From Octopus sinensis (lineage: Eukaryota): a DNA stretch of 64,000 nucleotides. Under the pieces are notes generated by a model. That model saw only the letters and a list, made by a program, of their open reading frames with translations. It was not told the DNA's origin and searched no databases. The stretch lies in NCBI RefSeq assembly GCF_006345805.1, contig NC_043000.1, forward strand, positions 62,062,001 to 62,126,000. Reading direction: 5' to 3'. Position numbers and translations under genes: made by a program. Position 1 is the stretch's first letter. Every line of letters starts with the position of its first letter. Below, piece by piece: positions 54,431-64,000 of the stretch.

Positions 54431-57400
54431 CTGCTATTTTCAGAATATCAACAACCTTCAAGCAGTTTCATATTCGTCCAAAACATCTTTGATTGCTATA
54501 GTAATTCAAACCTGCTGCTAACAAGCGTATGCGTTCAGTATCGATGATATTTGCATCTGAATGAGATCAGAACACAAGATTCGAATGGCAATCGGAGGTC
54601 GCCATTTTCTTTTTGAATGCCAACATTTAAGTTGACAAGGTGAAGGTGAGCTAGATGCAAAATGAGTACTTTACTGGGGTCTGGAACTCTCGTGGGGAAA
54701 AAAAATTTCGCGTGCGAGAATCAAACTCACTATCTCCTGATTGTGAGCCCGTCGCCCTAACCACTGAACCATGCGCCTTCGGAGTACACGGTAGAGAGGT
54801 GAAAGTATGCGAACACTCCGCTCTTCACTCTAGAAATCGGGAACTCTCCACACAAATATATTTGTAATGAGTCTCTACTGATAGGTTATGATGTTGAGAG
54901 ACATGCATTGTACACTGCAATATAATTTACCAATTTTAAAAATATTTCAGTGTACTGTAATACCATAATATTATTATAAACTTTGTCTTTGTCATGAATT
55001 CTTTTCGAATGTAAATTAATAACCAGACAGCCGATGCTATAAAAGCTTGAAACCCTTGTTAAAAGGTTATATTAGATGTGCTGTAATAATCAAAAGCCGC
55101 AAAGATTAAAAAGAAAATCTAACTTTGTCAGAATAAATTGACAGGTGTACATTAATGGTCTAACAGTCATGAGATTAGGAATCACACAAACCTTTTGAGA
55201 TAATATTACTGTGTTTGTAATCTCACACGGACATTTAGAAACTACATCATATTTCATGACAGCTGCTGCAGTAAAAATAGCAGTAGCTTGAGTTTCATAA
55301 AATACATTTATTGGATTGAAACATGACAGTAAAATGTTCATTTATTTGGAAAAAAGAAACGAGTGTAATTACAGCCGTCTGATACTAACATAATGATCAA
55401 CGCCAATTCCCACCAAACTTAACTGCTTTTGGCTAATCATTACTAACACGATTTTTGTTTTTAGTTCATTTGTTCATTAGCCTGTTTCAGTTGTCACGGC
55501 CAAGCCATGTCGATGCACTGTGCTTAATATATTTTAACATATGATATATTTTCAGATATTCGTATATTGTCTTACATTTTTACATTGTTTATACTTATTA
55601 ATCGGTAGTTCATAGAGTGTTCAGATGCAATGCTGTTGATGAACATTAACCTCTAAAGAATTAATGAGACTCACGGAGCTTGGCTTGCTACATACAGGTG
55701 GTGCTTATGTTAAAGTATTTATAATCACTATAAACGGTTATGTTGCTTTTTTTATTATCGTGAACCAGGATATATTGTTGTTGTTTAAGCCCAGACTAGA
55801 GCCGGTCTAGTAGACATATAAACAGCAGAATTCCAATCACGTTATTGTATTGTTTAGATGGAAAATCAAGGATTACATTAACCAAAATATCCTTTGTTTT
55901 TCGAGATAATAGGGTATGAATTGAAGAGATTTGGCTGCTATTTCAACCAGAATGAATGAGATGATAGAGGCTGATTCGCCTTTAGAGTAAGTAAATATTA
56001 TGATATCCACTTTTTAGAAGTAAATAAAAGCAAATGGTATCGCTAGGAAACATTATTTCTTTATATTATTCATATAGAGGTCACGTGATTTAATGGTGTG
56101 TCCGGCTCGGGCTTAATTCCCAAGTCTCTGAAAAAGTCATTTCTTTTCATATTGTTTCAGTCCGCTCAACAGCTATGAATACCAGCAGGTGATGGTGCAG
56201 CCTTCCCACATTCATATCTTGGGTGATCTGCTGTGTCAAGTGTGAGGTGCAAGAGATGGGATAAAATGAATTTAGGTCTGCTCAAAACATGTTAGGAAGC
56301 CTCACATGCTTGCGAGTGACGGCTGGTTATACTTTACTCATAAATCTATTTTCGAAAAGTCAATGTAAAAGAAATATTAAGTTTGTGCATTGGCAAAGAT
56401 TTCGGATTAAATTGATATGTTCTTAGGGTTAACGTAAATTGATATTTTGGGGAATTTGATATTCCCCAATATACGAGTTGAAAGGGGAATGACCCTATAA
56501 ATCTAATGTCTTAATGATCTTTAACTTTTAAATAATGTAATAAATACTAAATAACTGCTGAGATTTTCAAATTATTGTGATATTTGACACAATAAGTCGC
56601 AGTATGAGACAAATAGTCATAATTATGAGTTTATGTGCGAGTTTATCGACAACATATACATTACATCGCACCTGCTAGGTTGTCTCCACTTCAGAGTAAG
56701 ATATATATATGTATTTTACTGTCATTTTCAGTTGCACAAGTGTGATCCGTGCTATTTCGATTCTGTGCTATATATCGAGAAACAACCTCATGAATCACCT
56801 TGCGAATGAATTTACTGTATGAATTGATATTAGATATTATAAGTTCAAATATGACACAGAACTAAAAGAAGTACACATCTGATGAGTTCCGAGCTATATA
56901 TCTATCGCATGCCGGGTTTATTTCTTATGATAACTAACATTTGCTTGTTTTCTTTTAACAAGAAATTAAAATATAAAAATTAACAAAACTGTTTAGTTTG
57001 ATATTTTCACAATAACTTAAATATCGCTGAAGAGTGGCGGAAAAGGATGTGAGTGTTTAAATGGTCTACTCATAATGGGAAATCATTATTCAAAAACTAA
57101 TTTTATAAACATATGAAAATATCATCAAAAGGCTGAAATTCAAATAACTGTCATTTTTACGAGATTAATACAAAAATGTATATGTAATATAATTTCAAAC
57201 TACTATTTATAAAAACCGACATTGCTCATAAATTTCTCATTTATAGTCCTTTGTTATCAAAATGAGGTACTGTCATAAACGGTAAACAATATTTTATTAA
57301 CAAATATTTATATACTTCACCCTATTCAATATTTTTTTTAATTATACACTAAATAATTATTTTAATTACGTAAAATGCGTGTGTTTTATGTTTTGTTACT

Positions 57401-58535
57401 CCAAGAATATTTGCATCTATAGAAGTTATCAAAGTGAATCTCTAGCCAACGAGGTTGTCTCACGACATGTAAAAATATCAACCAACACTAAAGAAACATC
57501 AAGAGGACATTGAATAATATCATTCCAAATACATTTTGCCTGAGAGTAAATGGATGCTCGCTGCCTTTGATTATAGGTCTTATTCGTCAGAGCAGACAGC
57601 ATTGCTAAATAACACTAGTTTATATTGACAATGCATAGCACGTTGTTTGTAACGTCAGGTCATTCTTGCCCGCGCAGACATAAGAAGATATTTTAGATGT
57701 AACCAACTCGTTTCATTCCAGTCAAAGTGCAATTAGGGCTATATTGTTCAATATGTCCATCTAATTTTATGATGCTAGGATGAGAATGAAAGGCAACTCT
57801 AGAGACATCCCCGTTGATTTCTGAATAAAAATGATAGTTTTTCAGGTTTATGCATTTCCCAAGTGCATTCCAGTGAACTACAGGAACGTTAGAGTGTCGA
57901 GTGAAATGCCTTGTGATATATATTCTGACTTCTTATGGTATATATTCGGTTCTTGCGTTCACTTCCCAATTTTACCTTTCATCATTAAAAGGTTGATAAA
58001 ATACTAATCTAGTGAAATATTCTGGCAGAATCGTTAGAGCGTTGGACTGCATGATTCAGTAAGATTCTAGCTCTTTCTGTTCTGAAACCAATTCCAATCG
58101 TAACTTATATGGTGATAGACTTACTTAACGACAATGCCTGGTTGTCAGATGACTTTAGCGAAGTCCACTCTCTTCAGACATTCGGGCCATGTCTCCTGTT
58201 TAAGGGTACCTTCAATTTCCTTCCTATTTATCACGGAAACCTTGGATCAAAATAAAATTGGTTGCATAATTAGCATAAAATATTTTAATAAATAATTAAA
58301 TACATTTTAATCAATAGTTAAATACGATTTGTAAACTCTACAACGCCATTTAATTAATACAATGAAATATAGTTTATAGAAACTTCGAAAGAATGTATAC
58401 ACAATAATGAAAAATCACAGCTCCAAAAGACCCATAGAAATCTGACCCTCTTGCCACTCGCCTTTTACGCTCTCTCCCATTCTTCCAATATCCTAACCCA
58501 ATATCAAATCCCTTCATTATTCCCTTCTTCATGAA

Positions 58536-58740
58536 GGAGGTGAGCTGGCAGAATCGTTAGCACGCCATACAAAATGCTCAGTGGCATCTCGTCCCTCTTT
58601 ACGTTCTGAGTTCAAATTCCGCCGAGGTCGACTTTGCCTTTCATTCTTTCATGGTCGATAAAATAAGTACCAGTTGAAAACTGGGGTCGATGTAACTAAC
58701 TTACGCACCCTTCAAAATAGATGGACTTGTTTCAAAATAA
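58536..58740 (+). mobile_element. tRNA-derived SINE family 1
   Basis: GGTGAGCTGGCAGAATCGTTAGCACGCC...GAGTTCAAATTCCGCCGAGGTCGACTTTGCCTTTCAT...GATAAAATAAGTACCAG. Confidence 0.9.
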
Positions 58741-59618
58741 TAAAGGGTTATTCTTTCTTACATGATTTGTTAAATTGTGACCAAATTCACAACACTTTCT
58801 TTCAGATCCTCTGAGCTTTTTCGTGCCCGTTCTACATGAGATAGTAGCCAAATCTTTCTCATTTTACGCCACTACTGTCCATTTCAAAAGGAAAAAATAG
58901 ACATCAGGACATAGGTTAATATGGTCTTGGATATGCTCTGATTCTTACTGTGGGAGTGAGGAAATAGTGAATTCAATGAAATTTGAAATATTGAATATTT
59001 TCCTGAGAGATAACGAAATAAGCGAATTTGTGAAAGAGGGATACAAACCAAGGAAGGAAAGTGTGCGGGAGAAATTACCATAAAACGGGATAGCAATGTT
59101 AAGCTAATGTAAGAATGGTAGATAAGTATGCAACATCAATCAAAGCAGAAATAAAATTTCATTTATCGTGACAGTTTAAAAATTGTGAAGGAGTACAGGT
59201 GAATGGCTTTATAGACTCAGAGAAAAGGCAGCGGATGGTGAGAAAGAAAACATATACAGAACATTTTACTGTCACAAGACTAGATAATTAAAAGAGATAC
59301 ACGTATTACCATAATTTCATCCACTGTATGTTTGTGTGTATGTGTGTACGTGTGTAACAGTCCGTCCTATTTCTGCTTGTGTATTATATAATATATAACG
59401 CACATATATTGTGTAATATATATTATATACTAGGCAAACGTGAAACTTGAGTATTAAATGATTTCAACATAATCACCCTTTGTTTTATTTCATTATTATA
59501 ACTTACACACACACATACATATATAAATTAATATAATTATAAATATATGTGTGTGTGTGTGTGTGTGTGTGTTTGTGTGTGCGCGTGTGTGTGCGCGCGT
59601 GTGTGTGCGTGTGTGTGT

Positions 59619-59922
59619 GGCGCAATGGCCCAGTGGTTAGGGCAGCGGACTCGCGGTCGTAGGATCGCGGCTTCGATTCCCAGACTAGGCGTTGTGAGTG
59701 TTTATTGAGCGAAAACACCTAAAAGCTCCACGATTCTCCGGCAGGGGATGGTGGTGATCCCTGCTGTACTCTTTCACCACTCTTTCTTCCATTCTTTCTT
59801 CTGTTGGCCTGCTCGCTTAGCCAGCGGGGTGGCGTCATTCGAAGGCTAAAACAATGCGAACGCATTGTGACCAGCGATGTGTAACAACATCTGATGGTCT
59901 GGTCGGTCACGTGATCACGTGA
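59619..59922 (+). mobile_element. tRNA-derived SINE family 4, well preserved
   Basis: tRNA-like head GGCGCAATGGCCCAGTGGTTAGGGC (A box) and GCTTCGATTCCC (B-box-like), followed by ~230 bp of non-tRNA body ending TCACGTGATCACGTGA. Confidence 0.85.
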
Positions 59923-61290
59923 TATATATATATCTACAGAGAGAGAGAGACATACAGACAGATGTATTTACAAATTTTAATGCATATGTATATGCACATC
60001 CACATACGCGCGCGCGCACAAGTTAAAATGTATGCGAGCGTGCATGTGTGCGTGTGTGCGCGCGCCTGTGTGTGTTTGTGAGTGTGAGTGTGAGTGTGTA
60101 TGTGTGTGGTGGGGTGAAAGTGAGACAGACAACAGACAGACTGACAGAGAGATTAGCTTTCTTTCGCTCAGTTCGCGTCTACCAGATTCTATTTAGAGAG
60201 TATGTATTAACTCTATGGTACAGTGAAAGGGATTTGCCTAATCTGTCACACAGCAGGACTGAAACGCTAACATTTTAGAGAAGCCTGTTTTCCATTCACC
60301 GGACTTTGGCTACGCTTATTGTAGAGATAGAATCTTTTGTTATTACTTGTCAATCAGTAATATATTCTATTTTAAAAACGATTCCATTACGTGTAACTGC
60401 TTTCTAATAGACGTTTAAAATTCTTATAGTAATCATATTTACGAATAAATGAAACTATGCCAGAATAAATTTTTATCTTCCAACAATTTTCTATAATATT
60501 ACTATATTCTAATTTCTTTGATCTAGAAGATCATTTTGCAATTAATGGGAATCATCATAAGGAAGTAATTTGCTTTAATGGGACAATGATATAATATTTG
60601 AGGTTGCTTAATTTTTCAATTTTTTTCTTATTTTTACTTAATATTTCCGTTTTGTCTATATTCGAATGATTCACATATTACTTACAATGAAATACATATT
60701 ACTTACAATGACTTTCAGATAACTCTTATATTGCAAACAGTAGCTACAAGCACAAAATTAAACTCTAATTAAGCTACATGATTCCAATGACTCTGCTTCA
60801 ATCCTGATATACCACATATCACGAGAAACCAGGTCATGACAATGCTTATAGTACAGGCTACCTTCTGATAACAAACATGTGATCATCATGAATACGCTCA
60901 GGGTGATATGCTTCAGTAACGCGTTTCGATTCTTACTTGACTCAATTTCACTTCACTTTGGATATTAATTCCTTCGGGGGGCAACTATTAACACCATCCC
61001 CGTAACAAGAAACCTGATGCAGTCATACTATGTAAAAATATCAATAACTGCATTTGCATTTAAATACCAAGTGTGCATATATACTTGCGTGGGCATGCGC
61101 ATCGTACGTACCTCTGTGTGTATATGTGTGTGTGAGTGTGTTTAAAATTCATTATATAATTATTATATTTGTAATAGTACTGAGCGTGCAGTCTATTGCT
61201 ACGATAAGTTTTGCATGATCTGTGAGATGTAGCGAGACCCCATGTAGGAACAGAGTGTAAACTCAAGACTATAAAAAATAATCTCACCAT

Positions 61291-61680
61291 GTGGCTGTGT
61301 GGTACGTAGCTTGCTTACCAACCACATGGTTCCGGGTTCAGTCACACTGCGTGGCACCTTGGGCAAGTGTCTTCTACTATAGCTTCGGGCCGACCAAAGC
61401 CTTGTGAGTGGATTTGGTAGACGGAAACTGAAAGTAGCCCGTCGTATATATGTACATATATATATGTGTGTGTGTGTGTGTATGTTTGTGTGTCTGTGTT
61501 TGTCCCCCCAACATCGCTTGATAACCGATGCTGGTGTGTTTATGTCCCCGTAGCTTAGCGGTTCGGCAAAACAGACCGTTAGAATAAGTACTAGGCTTAC
61601 AAAGAATAAGTCTTGATCGACTAAAGGCGGTGCTCCAGCATGGCCGCAGTCAAATGACTGAAACAAGTAAAAGAAAAAAA
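61291..61680 (+). mobile_element. tRNA-derived SINE family 2
   Basis: Highly similar to 30415-30810 over its whole length; A-rich tail. Confidence 0.9.
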
Positions 61681-62239
61681 GTACTTTTTATCCTGTTTGT
61701 TCACTCAAACACACACACATACACACATGCAATTTCGACATGGCTGTGGAGAGAGTACAGTACACATTCCTTACACAATAAACTGTAACTTTTTCGGAGA
61801 CAGAAAAAGTGAGATTAACCTGATAGGTTTGTAGTTTGCTTAGACCAACATCTGTGAGAGAATAGCCTTGTTCTATCAACAAAGTTAATAATAATTGTAG
61901 CAATTTTTAGAGTACCCAAACTAATACACAGAGAATCTGATTTGTAAAATTTGCACAACAGTTCGAAAAGTAAATTGTTAAAACGAAACTTTGTTGAAAC
62001 CTGTGGTATATATATATATGTGTGTGTGTGGGGGGTACTTTCTCCTGATATAGCATTCTTGACTTCCTCGTAACCTAACGGTCATGCAAAGGGTCCGACA
62101 GAATAAGTACCAGACATAATGAATAAGTATTAGGATTAATTTGTTCAACTAAGCCCTTGAAACAAGAAAAGATTAGGTGGTGCCATTAAGTTGGACATGG
62201 CCTGGGCCAATAATGGCCGAAACCTATCAAAGTATCAAA

Positions 62240-62320
<81 letters not shown>

Positions 62321-62465
62321 GGAAGAAGAAGTAGAAGAAGAAGAAGAAGAAGAAGAAGAAGAAGAAGAAGAAGAAGAAGAAGAAGAAAGACAGAGGCAGA
62401 GATACATATATACATATATATGTGTGTGTGTGTGCGTGTGTGTGTGTGTGTGTATGTGTGTGTGT
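62240..62465. repeat. Compound (TA)n(GA)n(GAA)n(TG)n microsatellite
   Basis: Direct inspection. Confidence 0.95.
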
Positions 62466-63019
62466 AACTTGTAGCAGCACGGAATCCGAATCAAATTTAT
62501 ATATATATTAAAATTGAAGGTTCAACATGCGCCTGTTTGCTAGAAAGAAGAGTTAAAACTCCCCAAAGCCACGCATCTCTCACTATGTCTAAACGTGCAC
62601 AGAGAATGTAGCAAATATGCTACAGTAAAACAGTGGTTCCCGTTTGTAAAACTACAAAGAGGAGAGTAGATATCCCAGTATCAATTGATTTCGCTTTCTG
62701 TTCTGAAAGACACTTAAAACGCAAACTGTTTTTAAAATTATATTTACCATTCCGTACGCGTCTGTTCGCCTGAAGGTCCCGCGACTTCCAAACGAACATT
62801 AGGGAGCAAGTATAAGTTCAAAATGCAAATAAGTTATCATTATCTTTTTCAAAAATAATGATAAAGCGGCCAGCAAACGTAACCAGATAGGCAAAATATC
62901 TATCAAAAGTCAGAGTACAATATGCACATGATTGCTAGAAAGAAGAGTTAAAACTCTCCAAATCCACGCATGTCTCACTATATGTAAACACGCACATAAG
63001 TGAAAGAATATACATATAC

Positions 63020-63540
63020 TTTTCTTATACATTTCTTTGTGTCGGTCATGAGATTGCGGCCATGCTGGGGCATCGTTCTCAAAGTTTAGTCGAATAAATC
63101 CACCGCAGTAATTACTTTTCCTTTTGGCTTAGTATTAATCTAACATCTCTTTTTACCGAACAGCAAAGTTGCGTCGATGTAAACAAACCAATACCTGTTG
63201 TCAAGCAATGGCTCAGGACAAACACGAACACAAAAAAACGCAGTCATTTATGTAAGTAAAAATACATTAGTTTCCGTCAACGAATTCCACTCAAAAGGCT
63301 TCAGTCAAACGGAGTCTCTGGTAAAAGACACCTGTCCAAAGTGTCACATAAGGAGACTGAACCAGAAATAAGTTCGTTGGGGAGCAAAGCCCTTAGTACA
63401 CAGCCACGTTGTGTAGCAAGAAGATTGCTTCCCAAACTTATGGTTCCTGGTTCAGTCGCATTGTGTAGCACCTTGGAAGAGTGTATTCAATTATAGACCC
63501 TGGTCGACTAAAGACTTGTGAGTGTATTTGGGTGGCTGCA
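63020..63540. mobile_element. Two old SINE family 2 copies in divergent orientation (63020-63408 minus, 63408-63540 plus)
   Basis: GCGGCCATGCTGGGGCA...TTTCCGTC..GAATTCCACTCA.AAGGC...ACACAGCCAC on the minus copy, then GGTTCCTGGTTCAGTCGCA..GCACCTTGG..GTGAGTG.ATTTGG on the plus copy. Confidence 0.7.
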
Positions 63541-64000
63541 CCGGTATGAGTATATATACTCTTATACAGTGTTCGTTCCTTTATGTATTCCCTAATCAAA
63601 AAACAACTGGAATTCCAATATGTGTTTTCTAATGTGCAGATATTCCTCTACTCACGCATAATTAAATATACTAACAATATTTTCCCTATAAGATTTTATA
63701 GGACATTGTGTATAAATGTTTTTGTATACTTATGTGCACCCCTAAACTCGTAATTTCTCTTATATTCATAATACTCAAAACTGCTCTATTACTTCAATAT
63801 TAATGCAAACCGGATACCACTATATATCCCTAGTACAAGCTAGTTCTTTACCACATATTTTTTATTTATACTAAAACATAGTTACATATAAATTAAACCC
63901 TCTTTTCTCTTTTTTTCATTCCCAGGCCATTTGTCTTCTCTACATTGTTATTTATCCGTATTTCTACATACGATAATAAATCCCTGAGCGCTTTTTCTTC

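Noticed and set aside
59619-59692. Possible tRNA gene
   Set aside because: The acceptor stem is incomplete, the B box is altered, no Pol III T-run follows, and the sequence continues into a SINE body.

Overview
AT-rich, repeat-dense eukaryotic DNA. It has many (TA)n, (TTA)n, (CA)n, (TATG)n and (GAA)n microsatellites and several tRNA-derived SINE families that resemble those of octopus; the taxon is an inference from repeat content. I find no convincing host protein-coding exon, no rRNA or functional tRNA and no CRISPR array. The window reads as intergenic or intronic transposon debris. Recognisable elements are: a (TAA)n nest holding five insertions of R4/Dong-type and associated elements (3.3-5.6 kb); two Helitron-type elements or ends; two decayed hAT transposases; an L1/Tx1 remnant; a near full-length Tc1 element with TIRs; CR1/Jockey-like, RTE, Penelope-like and Gypsy-gag remnants; and a solo LTR. 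Two structural oddities stand out: a five-segment direct plus inverted rearrangement of a ~640-bp unit (40.4-42.2 kb) and an essentially identical 3.61-kb tandem duplication (45.7-52.9 kb). Almost all ORFs in the supplied track are microsatellite or antisense artefacts. I cannot support a claim of a new biological system. The best leads are the TAA-targeting element nest, the template-switch rearrangement and degenerate hammerhead-like motifs.
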